Shown: positions 9,849 to 18,419 of the stretch, in pieces
How positions within the stretch are numbered: position 1 is the stretch's first letter
Layout: the number at the start of each line of letters is the position of its first letter
Assembly (NCBI GenBank): GCA_964625625.1
Contig: CAZVEG010000005.1
Span: 10,877 to 74,324 of the forward strand
Source of the DNA: an uncultured Leptospirales bacterium
GTDB taxonomy: Bacteria; Spirochaetota; UBA4802; UBA5368
Direction of reading: 5' to 3'
DNA length: 63,448 bases
The notes under the pieces: generated by a model
Database searches by the model: none
Seen by the model: the letters and a program-made list of their open reading frames with translations, nothing else
Told to the model about the DNA's origin: nothing
Position numbers and translations under genes: made by a program

Positions 9849-10199
9849 GTGCAGTATCTTTTTTATTTCATCGGATTCGTCATCGCCCTCGCCGTATTCC
9901 TCTACGTGCTCAACGCGTACGAGTCGGGGAAGGAGAAGCTGAAGGGATTGAATCGCCCATCCGGCAAAAAAGGCGCCGAGCGGACGACGACCGTCGAGCC
10001 GCAGGACATATTTCTTAAAAAACCTCGCAGCCACCCGGGCGAGCGCCTCTGCCCGCTCTGCGGGTCCGCGCTGACGAATTATGAAGCCCTGTACGCCGCG
10101 CCGGTCAAGAACGGCGACGGCGGCAAAATTCTCATACTGGGCTGCCGGTACTGTTACAGGGAAGAGGACCCGAAAGGCGGCCCGCCGGCCGCCACATAA
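9849..10199 (+). CDS. small membrane-anchored protein with CxxC...CxxC zinc-ribbon-like motif
   Basis: N-terminal hydrophobic helix, CPLC and CRYC; GTG start 1 nt after the methyltransferase stop. Confidence 0.7.
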   Translation: MQYLFYFIGFVIALAVFLYVLNAYESGKEKLKGLNRPSGKKGAERTTTVEPQDIFLKKPRSHPGERLCPLCGSALTNYEALYAAPVKNGDGGKILILGCRYCYREEDPKGGPPAAT

Positions 10200-10209
10200 A
10201 GGCCCTGCT

Positions 10210-10908
10210 TCACTTTTCCGGATCCGCTGAAGGAGGTTCGTTGCCATCGAGGTATTCGGGCAGGTATAAGGGGAACCCGTATCTTCCCTGAAGGGCGCTG
10301 AAAAAACACAGGTCATGGAAGGAAACCCGCAGCAGATCGTCCTCCCCCTCGGGTTTATCATTGATCACCAGGGTTATCTGCTGCTGGTGCGGCAGGCCCA
10401 TCGGAAAGATCATCCTCCCTCCCTTTTTAAGCGACCGCATGAGCGAAAGCGGCCTCTTTCCGCACGCGGCGCATACGATCACCGCGTCAAAAATCCCGAG
10501 GGATGATTCGTGATCGGTACCGTCACCGGAGAAGAAGCGGATATTGTCGAATCTCTTCTTTTTGCACCGTGCTTTCGCCGACGCCGACAGCTCGCCGTAC
10601 AGGTCGATCGTAAGCACCTCTCCCACCATGCGGGAGAGTACGGCCGTTGAATACCCCGATCCGGTCCCCACTTCCAGCACGCGCCATTTCTTCTGCGGCG
10701 CGAGTATGCAGAACATCCGCGCCAGTGACATCAGCGGATCGCTTCGCTCCCCGAGGCCGATCGGAACCGTCTCGTCCGTGTAGAACGACTTCCTGAACGC
10801 GGCGTCGAAGAAGTCCTCCTGTTTGACGGCGGCGAAGGCGTCCGTCACGGCCTTGCCCGCCTTTTTCTTTTTCAGTGAAGCCAGAAACGCATCCCTTTTA
10901 GTGCTCAT
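10210..10908 (-). CDS. pcm: protein-L-isoaspartate O-methyltransferase
   Basis: PIGLG, VLEVGTGSGYSTAV, GDG, FDAVIV and LKKGGRMIFP motifs. Confidence 0.8.
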   Translation of the reverse strand: MSTKRDAFLASLKKKKAGKAVTDAFAAVKQEDFFDAAFRKSFYTDETVPIGLGERSDPLMSLARMFCILAPQKKWRVLEVGTGSGYSTAVLSRMVGEVLTIDLYGELSASAKARCKKKRFDNIRFFSGDGTDHESSLGIFDAVIVCAACGKRPLSLMRSLKKGGRMIFPMGLPHQQQITLVINDKPEGEDDLLRVSFHDLCFFSALQGRYGFPLYLPEYLDGNEPPSADPEK

Positions 10909-11058
10909 GGTGTCAGCCGGTGATCCTCAGTAAGATTAACGGGTGCTGCAACAAATCATCGCCTCATTGGAAAATTTCAAGCATTTCCCCGGGCCCTCGG
11001 CGGAGAAAATTCCCACCGCTCTCCCGCGGACGTACATCGGCCGCGAGGAATGCCGGTA

Positions 11059-11838
11059 TTATTCGAAAAACTGGAAAAGGTAAGTAAGAAAATAATCCGA
11101 GATGAGAATCGCCATCGAAGACTTCACCACCGCCTGGATGGTCGCCTTACCGACGCCTTCCGCGCCGCCGCTCGTGTTAAATCCCTGGTAGCACGCGATG
11201 ACGGCGATCTGGATACCGAAAAAAACCGATTTTAAAATCCCCGTCATGAAATCGACCAGCCGGAGATTCTGCAAAATGTTCTCGATGTATTTGTCGATCG
11301 TGATGTTCAGTCCGAAATAGGCGACGAAGGCTCCGCCAAGCACACCGACCACGTCCGTTATAACGGTCAGCGCCGGCGTCATCACCAGGCAGGCCAGAAA
11401 GCGCGGGACGGAAAGGTACTGAACGGGGTTCGCCGAAAGGGTCACCAGCGCGTCTATCTGTTCGGTTACCTTCATGGTGCCGATCTCGGCGGCGATGGCC
11501 GAGCCCACCCTGCCGGCAAGAAGGAGCGCGGTGAGCACCGGACACAGTTCCCTGAACATCGAGATCGCCACGGCACTTCCGATGAAGATCGACGAGCCGG
11601 TCATGATTTTGTCCATGGCGTTTCCGATCTGGAGCGCCATCACCATGCCGGTGAAAAACAGCGTAACCGCCGTTACCGGCAGCGAACGATAACCGATTTC
11701 AAGCATCTGCGCCGTGACGCTTTTCCGGTCGAACGGCGGCCTGAAGGTCCACTTAACCGTCTCCGCGAGGAAGATGGCATAGCGGCCGATCCCCTCCAGA
11801 AGCGAAACGGCATATTGTCCGGCGCCCCCGCTCGTCAT
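11059..11838 (-). CDS. mlaE: MlaE-family ABC transporter permease
   Basis: RELCPVLTALLLAGRVGSAIAAEIGTMKVTEQIDAL and GGAEGVGKAT motifs. Confidence 0.9.
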   Translation of the reverse strand: MTSGGAGQYAVSLLEGIGRYAIFLAETVKWTFRPPFDRKSVTAQMLEIGYRSLPVTAVTLFFTGMVMALQIGNAMDKIMTGSSIFIGSAVAISMFRELCPVLTALLLAGRVGSAIAAEIGTMKVTEQIDALVTLSANPVQYLSVPRFLACLVMTPALTVITDVVGVLGGAFVAYFGLNITIDKYIENILQNLRLVDFMTGILKSVFFGIQIAVIACYQGFNTSGGAEGVGKATIQAVVKSSMAILISDYFLTYLFQFFE

Positions 11839-13184
11839 GCCTCCGCCACGGTCTCGTCAAATTCATGGACCTTGTCGAGGTTCCCGAACTTGGTGAATTT
11901 TTCCCAGAAGCGGAGCTCGACCTCGCCGATGGGGCCGTTACGCTGCTTGGCGACGATCACCTCCGCAATCCCCTTCTTCTCGCTCTCCTTTTTCACACGC
12001 TCTTCGCGGTAAATGAACATGACAACGTCCGCGTCCTGCTCGATCGCGCCCGATTCCCGGAGATCCGAAAGCTGGGGACGCTGATCGGTGCGCGATTCGA
12101 CCGCGCGCGAAAGCTGCGAGAGCGCGACCACCGGAACCGAAAGCTCGCGAGCGATCTGCTTGAGCGAGCGCGATATCTCGGCTATCTGCAGGTGGCGGTC
12201 CATGCGTGAAACACTCGTGATAAGCTGCATATAATCCACAACGATGGCGCCCAGGCGCTGCTTCTGCGCGACCCGGCGCGCTTTCGCGCGGATCTCGAAA
12301 ATGTTGATGGCCGGCGTATCGTCGATGAGAAGCGGTGATTTCTCGAGTCTGCCGGCGCTCTGCATGAGGCGGCGCAATTCCTCGCTGCTTATATGACCGG
12401 TTCTCACCCGCTGCGAGTCGATCATCGCGTCGACGCAGAGCAGCCGCATGCCGAGCTGGGATGCCGGCATCTCCACCGAGAAGAAAAGCACCGGCATTTT
12501 TTCCTTCATGACGATATGGTTCGCGATATTGAGCGCGAGCGCCGTCTTTCCCATCGACGGACGCGCGGCGATTATGATGAGTTCCGATTCATGCAGCCCG
12601 GACAGCATCTCGTCGAGACCCGTGAAGCCGGTGGCCACGCCGGTGACCACCTTCTTGGTCTCGTACATGCGGCCGATGGTGTCCATCGCTTCCTGGATAA
12701 CGTCCGAGATGTTCTTGAAGTCGGAGGTGATTCGTTTCTCTGTGACGCGGAAGACGTCCCGTTCCACTTCGTCCATGAGCTCGTAGGTGTCGCGCGCGGT
12801 GTCGTGGCATTTCTCAAGAACCTCGTGCGAAACCTCGATGAGCTTTCGCCTGAGGCTCATTTCCTTGATACGTCGCGCGTAAAACTCGGCGTTTGCCGAT
12901 GTCGAGACCGTGCGGTAGATATCGACCAGTGCGTGGTCGCCGCCGATACGCTCCAGGCGGCCCAGGTCGTTCAGCCGCTGCTTTACGGTAACGAGGTCGA
13001 TCGGGAGGTTTTTTCGCTCGAGCTCGACAATGACGCCGAATATCTCGCGGTGAGCATCAAGATAGAAATCCTCCGGCTGGAGGATTTCTATCACTTTGAG
13101 AAGCGCGTCCCTGCTGAGGAGCGCCGAGGAGAGACACGAGGCTTCCGCTTCAATATCCTGAGGCGGCACCAGTTCGATCGCCAT
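11835..13184 (-). CDS. dnaB: replicative DNA helicase
   Basis: AARPSMGKT, VVDYMQL and LSDLRESGAIEQDAD motifs; no intein. Confidence 0.97.
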   Translation of the reverse strand: MAIELVPPQDIEAEASCLSSALLSRDALLKVIEILQPEDFYLDAHREIFGVIVELERKNLPIDLVTVKQRLNDLGRLERIGGDHALVDIYRTVSTSANAEFYARRIKEMSLRRKLIEVSHEVLEKCHDTARDTYELMDEVERDVFRVTEKRITSDFKNISDVIQEAMDTIGRMYETKKVVTGVATGFTGLDEMLSGLHESELIIIAARPSMGKTALALNIANHIVMKEKMPVLFFSVEMPASQLGMRLLCVDAMIDSQRVRTGHISSEELRRLMQSAGRLEKSPLLIDDTPAINIFEIRAKARRVAQKQRLGAIVVDYMQLITSVSRMDRHLQIAEISRSLKQIARELSVPVVALSQLSRAVESRTDQRPQLSDLRESGAIEQDADVVMFIYREERVKKESEKKGIAEVIVAKQRNGPIGEVELRFWEKFTKFGNLDKVHEFDETVAEA

Positions 13185-13187
13185 CGG

Positions 13188-13631
13188 CTACTCCTTGAAG
13201 ACGGTGACCTTCAGCTTCGCGGTAACGCCCTCGTCGAGCTTTACGGGCACCTCGTATTCTCCCAGCTTTTTGATCGGCTCGTCGAGATGAATCTTCCTTC
13301 TGTCGATTTCATGACCGAGACCCTTGAGCTTGCGGGCGATGTCCATGGAGGTGACGGAACCGAAGAGTTTTTCCTCCTCGCCCACCTGTGCGCCGATCTG
13401 GATGTCGAGGCCCGCGAGCGTTTCCATAAGCGTCTCGCTCTGTTTTTTCCTCTTGTCCTTCTTGATCTTGATCAGCTTGCGCTGATGCACGGCCGCCTTC
13501 TGGCTCGAGTCGTTGGCCACCAGGACCAGTTTTTTCGGCAGAAGAAAATTACGCGCGTATCCGTCGGAGACGTCCTTGATGTCGCCCGCCTCGCCGAGAT
13601 TCGGAATGTCTTTCTGTAAAATCACCTTCAT
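13188..13631 (-). CDS. rplI: 50S ribosomal protein L9
   Basis: MKVILQKD...GYARNFLLP, LFGSVT; start at ATG 13631. Confidence 0.97.
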   Translation of the reverse strand: MKVILQKDIPNLGEAGDIKDVSDGYARNFLLPKKLVLVANDSSQKAAVHQRKLIKIKKDKRKKQSETLMETLAGLDIQIGAQVGEEEKLFGSVTSMDIARKLKGLGHEIDRRKIHLDEPIKKLGEYEVPVKLDEGVTAKLKVTVFKE

Positions 13632-13647
13632 GATCAATACCTCGAAC

Positions 13648-14538
13648 TTATTGTTTGCCCCGGGCGTCCAGTTTCCTGAAATCGGCCCAGAAATCCAGGG
13701 CACCTATACTCAAAAGAACGATCGACACAAAAAGCAAGGCCTCCACACCCAGGAGCAGAACGACGAACACCGCCAGCGGAAGAATAAACGGCGGGGCCCC
13801 CTTCTTCTCCAGGTAGAACCTCGCGATTCCCAGCGCCTGCACCAGGTAGAGCGCCGAAAAACAGAGTGCGCAGTTGAGACCAACGATATACGCCGGACCA
13901 TAGCTCGCCTCGTCTACCAGCAGAACCACAAGCCAGCCGGCGATGAGCGCGAAGATAAAATAGTCCTTCAACCTGAAATACGCAAGCCCGCTTTCATCGA
14001 CCGCCCCTGCCTGGCCGCGATGCGAAAAAAACGGCCGAAGGATCATGTAGCAGAGCCCGGAGATTATCAGCGAATGCATGAAATAACTGAAAGGGATGAT
14101 GTCCCCGATCACCTCCAGCGACCCGTCCACTTTCGCCAGGATTTCGGCCTTCTCCGAATCCGGAAGGTCCGCGGCCCTGATCATGTCGCCCACGCGCTTC
14201 TGCGAATCGGCGACCAGATCGAAATTCCGGTACACCTTGAGAAAATAATAGTTGGCCGAGAAGGCCACGGTGAGCGACAGTACTGAAACCATTAAGAAAA
14301 AGACAAGCGGCCTCCCCGCCCTGAACGAGTATCCCGCGGTCCCGCCGATCACGACCGGCGCGAGCACCACCATGATATACTCGCCGCCGCCGGAATCCAT
14401 GAAAGATTGCGCCACGGCCATTCCCGCGGCAAGCGGCACCAGCCCGAAAAGGGCCCGCGCCCCCAGCCGGTACGACACGGCCGCGGAAGCCACAACCAGG
14501 CCCAGACCGACAAGCGCGGATGCGAGTAACGCACCCAC
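13648..14538 (-). CDS. DUF2232/YybS-like membrane protein
   Basis: Multiple transmembrane helices, position between rpsR and rplI, C-terminal GALDFWADFRK. Confidence 0.75.
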   Translation of the reverse strand: MGALLASALVGLGLVVASAAVSYRLGARALFGLVPLAAGMAVAQSFMDSGGGEYIMVVLAPVVIGGTAGYSFRAGRPLVFFLMVSVLSLTVAFSANYYFLKVYRNFDLVADSQKRVGDMIRAADLPDSEKAEILAKVDGSLEVIGDIIPFSYFMHSLIISGLCYMILRPFFSHRGQAGAVDESGLAYFRLKDYFIFALIAGWLVVLLVDEASYGPAYIVGLNCALCFSALYLVQALGIARFYLEKKGAPPFILPLAVFVVLLLGVEALLFVSIVLLSIGALDFWADFRKLDARGKQ

Positions 14539-14542
14539 TGAA

Positions 14543-14956
14543 TTACTGCACGACGAATGGCATCAGGGCGATGATTCTCGCCCGCTTGATCGCGATCGCA
14601 AGCGCGCGCTGATGTTTGGCGCAGGTGCCGGTGATGCGTCGCGGGAGTATCTTTCCACGCTCGGTGATGAATCTCTCCAGCACATCGGTGGTTTTGTAGT
14701 CGATAACGATACTCTTGTTCTGGCAGAAGCGGCAGCCCTTTCTCTTGAAGCGGGCCACCCGGCCGCCCTGCCTGCCTTCATCATCGCCCCCTTCCCGTGG
14801 ATGGCGGCCACGGAACCCTTCCCGCCGGGGAGCCGGAGCTTCCGATGCCACGGCGGGAGCCTCTGAAACGGCAGGCGCCGCCTCGGGTGCGGTATTCTCG
14901 TTCGTGCTTTCCGCGGACGGCTCTATAATTTCACTGCTCTTGATTTCGTCTGACAT
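14543..14956 (-). CDS. rpsR: 30S ribosomal protein S18 with long N-terminal extension
   Basis: CRFC...IDYK...[17 protein letters not shown] (Zn-binding form). Confidence 0.95.
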   Translation of the reverse strand: MSDEIKSSEIIEPSAESTNENTAPEAAPAVSEAPAVASEAPAPRREGFRGRHPREGGDDEGRQGGRVARFKRKGCRFCQNKSIVIDYKTTDVLERFITERGKILPRRITGTCAKHQRALAIAIKRARIIALMPFVVQ

Positions 14957-14989
14957 GATGTCGTACCTCTGATTGGTATATATCGGCGT

Positions 14990-15424
14990 TTAGAAGGGAA
15001 TATCATCGTCGCCGAACGAGCTCTCGCCGCCCCCCTGCGGTGGCGGACCGAAATCCTGCGATTCCTGGTGATCGGCCTGCCGGCCACCCTCATCCTTTCC
15101 CGAAAGAAACTGGAAGTTTTCAACCACTATCTCGACCGTCGAGCGCTTGTTCCCGCTCTGGTCATCCCATGAACGCTGCTGGAGCCGGCCCTCAATCGCG
15201 ATCCGCTGTCCCTTCTTGCAGTATTGCGCGATCACTTCTCCCGTCTTGGCCCATGCAACGCAGTTAAAGAACGAAACCATCTCCTTTTTTTCCCCGGAGA
15301 CGGTATAGCTCCTGTTGTTCGCAATGGAAAAATTGGTTACTGACGAACCTCCCTGAGTGTACTTCAACTCGGGGTCCCTCACCATTCTCCCGATCAGCAT
15401 AACCCTGTTTATATCGCTCGCCAT
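14990..15424 (-). CDS. ssb: single-stranded DNA-binding protein
   Basis: NRVMLIGRMVRDPEL, IEGRLQQRSW and C-terminal DDDIPF. Confidence 0.97.
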   Translation of the reverse strand: MASDINRVMLIGRMVRDPELKYTQGGSSVTNFSIANNRSYTVSGEKKEMVSFFNCVAWAKTGEVIAQYCKKGQRIAIEGRLQQRSWDDQSGNKRSTVEIVVENFQFLSGKDEGGRQADHQESQDFGPPPQGGGESSFGDDDIPF

Positions 15425-15444
15425 TGGAGCCCCCGGGCGGCCGC

Positions 15445-15735
15445 TTACGCGGTCTTCACCTTGGGCACCCGCACGAAAAGATGCCGCAGGATATCAGCGT
15501 TGAGACGGAATTCGTTCGTAATCTTCTGAATCGCTTCGGGTGGAGATTCGATGCTCATGAGGGTGTAATTGCCGTCATTCTGTCCGTCGAGCATGTAGGC
15601 CAGCCTGCGGTTCCCCCACGCGTCTTCGGACTCGATGCTTACGCCGTTTTTCTGAAGAATCGCCTTTACCTTCTCCCTGTTTGATTCAAGCGCCTCGTTG
15701 ATGCGCAGAATCACCGTCAACTCGTATTTATTCAC
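15445..15735 (-). CDS. rpsF: 30S ribosomal protein S6
   Basis: YELTVIL...WGNRRLAY...ILRHL; GTG start at 15735 with AGGAGG RBS. Confidence 0.95.
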   Translation of the reverse strand: MNKYELTVILRINEALESNREKVKAILQKNGVSIESEDAWGNRRLAYMLDGQNDGNYTLMSIESPPEAIQKITNEFRLNADILRHLFVRVPKVKTA

Positions 15736-15736
15736 C

Positions 15737-15795
15737 TTTTCCTCCCTCCTTTGGATTGTGCTGGAATACGGCGGCCCGCTTCCAGCAGAAAGGAT
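15737..15795 (-). promoter_or_regulatory. candidate S6:S18 autoregulatory mRNA leader
   Basis: UGCUGGAA/UUCCAGCA stem with CCG-containing loop; UCCUUU can pair with AAAGGA next to the SD. Confidence 0.45.
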
Positions 15796-15799
15796 TTCC

Positions 15800-15828
15800 A
15801 CTATCCTCACCGGCCCTTATTATTTCAA
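15800..15828 (-). promoter_or_regulatory. sigma70-type promoter of rpsF operon
   Basis: TTGAAA-17nt-GATAGT. Confidence 0.55.
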
Positions 15829-15934
15829 CAAATATTTTTTCATATGGTTGATTTTGGTCCGGCGCTTCACTATTATGTCCATCTCTACGGCGCAATATCA
15901 AGGCGGCCGGAAAGCCCTATATCAGGATTGAACC

Positions 15935-16597
15935 ATGAAACATCTGGCATCGACCATGGGCCTCAGGGAAGACCTGGTGCTTCGCGCCTACCTCAAGGGC
16001 TACGGGTATGCCCGGCTTGTCGTCGTGGGAATCACCCGCCATTTTTACATCACCGACACTCCGGCCGATTTTTTCCGTATTGTCCGGGCCGACGACATCC
16101 TGCTAGGCTATCTCTGGACCCAGAACTCCATCTCATTCGAATTCGAAATGAAGGTGGCCGGCAAGATAACCGTCCCGGCGGAGACCTCATCGGCCACCGG
16201 GCCCGGGCATTTTACCGCTTTTATCCATACGACAGACATCACAAGCGCCGCCGAACGCAAATGCCTGAAGGCCGATGTGTCAATCCCTTTCAGGTTTTTT
16301 ACGATCGCCACCCCTCGAAGCGACAAGAGTTTTTACACCGAGGAGATACTGTATCTGGACGGGACAATCACCATGCTGAGCGACAGAGAGGCCGTTCTCG
16401 AAACGGAGCACGACATACCGCTCACCGGGCTGGTCCGCGGACACCTCAGGCTCGACGGGGAGGAAATCGACGTCACCGCCAGGATAAGCTCGGTCGAGTC
16501 GGGGACGAAAAACCGCTATTGCATCGAGTATACCGGCATGAACGACCGCGAGCGGAACCGGATACTCGAATACGTTTTCGCCATCTACCGGGAATAG
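15935..16597 (+). CDS. PilZ-like domain protein with degenerate motifs
   Basis: C-terminal beta-barrel pattern ending in ERNRILEYVF; RxxxR appears as RKCLK and DxSxxG as MLSDRE. Confidence 0.55.
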   Translation: MKHLASTMGLREDLVLRAYLKGYGYARLVVVGITRHFYITDTPADFFRIVRADDILLGYLWTQNSISFEFEMKVAGKITVPAETSSATGPGHFTAFIHTTDITSAAERKCLKADVSIPFRFFTIATPRSDKSFYTEEILYLDGTITMLSDREAVLETEHDIPLTGLVRGHLRLDGEEIDVTARISSVESGTKNRYCIEYTGMNDRERNRILEYVFAIYRE

Positions 16598-16603
16598 GTC
16601 GGC

Positions 16604-17059
16604 CTATCGTGCTTCCTCCACGACCACGGCCCCTTCTTCCATGACGATATCGAAGATATACGCGTCCCTGCGGGAATTCACCGGCGTATACACCACGAAC
16701 TGTCCCTTGAACTCGAATAGATCGCCCGCCGCAAGAAGCGCGTGATAGTCGTCACCGTCGGCGTATACGTAAAAGGTGATCTTCGGGGAAGCCGCCAGGC
16801 CCGCGAGCGATATCCTGTAACGCCGTTTGTATCTGCCGATCGTATCGACCGCGATGACTCGCCCGCGGCCGACCAGTATCCTGTTGAGCTGCGTGTCGAG
16901 GAAAAAATCCCTCTGTATAACGGACGCGGACTGCAGGCGCGCATAGAACTCGTCGGCAAGCACGGCCGGATCACCCTGGGCCCGGAGATGGTCCGGGTAT
17001 TGCCCCAGGGAAATTACAAGAACAGCACAGACGGCGGCCGCCAGCCCGGTCACGCGCAT
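16604..17059 (-). CDS. exported hypothetical protein, possible OB-fold
   Basis: Signal-peptide-like N-terminus and beta-rich body; directly downstream of htrA. Confidence 0.65.
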   Translation of the reverse strand: MRVTGLAAAVCAVLVISLGQYPDHLRAQGDPAVLADEFYARLQSASVIQRDFFLDTQLNRILVGRGRVIAVDTIGRYKRRYRISLAGLAASPKITFYVYADGDDYHALLAAGDLFEFKGQFVVYTPVNSRRDAYIFDIVMEEGAVVVEEAR

Positions 17060-17072
17060 CTTCCGCCGCCGC

Positions 17073-18377
17073 TCATTCCAGTTCCGCCGAGAAGTCCACG
17101 GTGTACAGACGCGAATCCCTGATTATTTCCATGCGCGCCAGCCGGGAAGAATCACGGTGGAAAATGGCTAAAAAGTCCTCCACGCTTGCAACGGTGCGCC
17201 CGTTGACCGAGCGCACGCGATCTCCTTTCTTTAGCCCGTAGCGATACGCCTCTCCCAGCGGCGAGACCGCCGAAACGACGACCCCGTCCGACCGGGAATC
17301 GTCGTCAAGCTCTATTCCATACGCTCCCAGCAGCCGTCTCCCTTCCTGCTGGGAGCGCCTGAACTCGGCCTTTTCTTTCAGGACAAGCGCATACTCGCTG
17401 ATATACCCCTCGCGCGCCGCGCGGATCGTAACCGTCGAGCCTATCGGCTTGTTGCCCACGGCCGCGACGAGCTCGCCAAGTGTCGTTATGCGCTTTCCGT
17501 CGACCTCCCGGACGATGTCGCCCGTCTGTATGCCCGCCGTCTCCGCCGGCGAGTCCCTGATGACCGAAATCACCTCGACGACGCTCCGTTCGCCGCGCGC
17601 CGGAAGCCGCCTTTCCCTGGCGAGAAACCCAAGCCAGCCGCGACGAATGCGCCCGAACCGCAAAAGCTCGGCCGACACCCTGCGCACGATATTCGAAGGG
17701 ATGGCGAAACTGATTCCCTGGAAGCCCCCCGAAACGGTCCGTATGGCGGTATTGATACCCACCAGCTCGCCCCGGAGGTTGACCAGAGGCCCGCCCGAAT
17801 TGCCGGGATTGATGGGCACGTCGGTCTGGATGAAATCCTCTATATCGGCGAAACCGATGTCGCTGCGTCCCGTCGAGGATACAATTCCGCTCGTGAATGA
17901 CTGCCTGAGCCCGTATGGCGTCCCGACGGCGATCACCCACTCGCCCTCCTCGAGGCCGTCAGAATTGCCGAAAAACACCGGGGTGAACGCGGGAGCGTTC
18001 CCGGCCGCGATCTTCAAAATGGCGATATCGGTTTTGGGATCGGCCACATAATAGGCATCCTTGAAGACGGGCTCGGGTTCGTATTCCGAGCCGTCCGAAA
18101 GCACCATCTGGTAATAATCTCCCTTTCTGACCACATGATAATTGGTAACCACGTATCCATCCCGCGAGATGATCGTCCCCGAGCCGAAACCGGATTTCGC
18201 GTATACCCGCTTCCCGTCTCTCATGGAGGTCCGGTAGATGATTATATTCACGACCGAGGGCTTGACCCTTCTGGCCGCTTCGACGAACGTTCGGCTCATC
18301 TCGGCCGGGCGGGCGGGAGTGGCACCACAAATAACCACGCCGATAAGAACGACGAATATTCCAGTTGCGCTTTTCAT
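17073..18377 (-). CDS. htrA: HtrA/DegQ serine protease with two PDZ domains
   Basis: TNYHVV, DIAILK and INPGNSGGPL catalytic triad motifs followed by PDZ repeats. Confidence 0.93.
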   Translation of the reverse strand: MKSATGIFVVLIGVVICGATPARPAEMSRTFVEAARRVKPSVVNIIIYRTSMRDGKRVYAKSGFGSGTIISRDGYVVTNYHVVRKGDYYQMVLSDGSEYEPEPVFKDAYYVADPKTDIAILKIAAGNAPAFTPVFFGNSDGLEEGEWVIAVGTPYGLRQSFTSGIVSSTGRSDIGFADIEDFIQTDVPINPGNSGGPLVNLRGELVGINTAIRTVSGGFQGISFAIPSNIVRRVSAELLRFGRIRRGWLGFLARERRLPARGERSVVEVISVIRDSPAETAGIQTGDIVREVDGKRITTLGELVAAVGNKPIGSTVTIRAAREGYISEYALVLKEKAEFRRSQQEGRRLLGAYGIELDDDSRSDGVVVSAVSPLGEAYRYGLKKGDRVRSVNGRTVASVEDFLAIFHRDSSRLARMEIIRDSRLYTVDFSAELE

Positions 18378-18419
18378 TGCATGCTCACTGTCGCCGAAAG
18401 GAAGCCTTGACGTCTCGTA

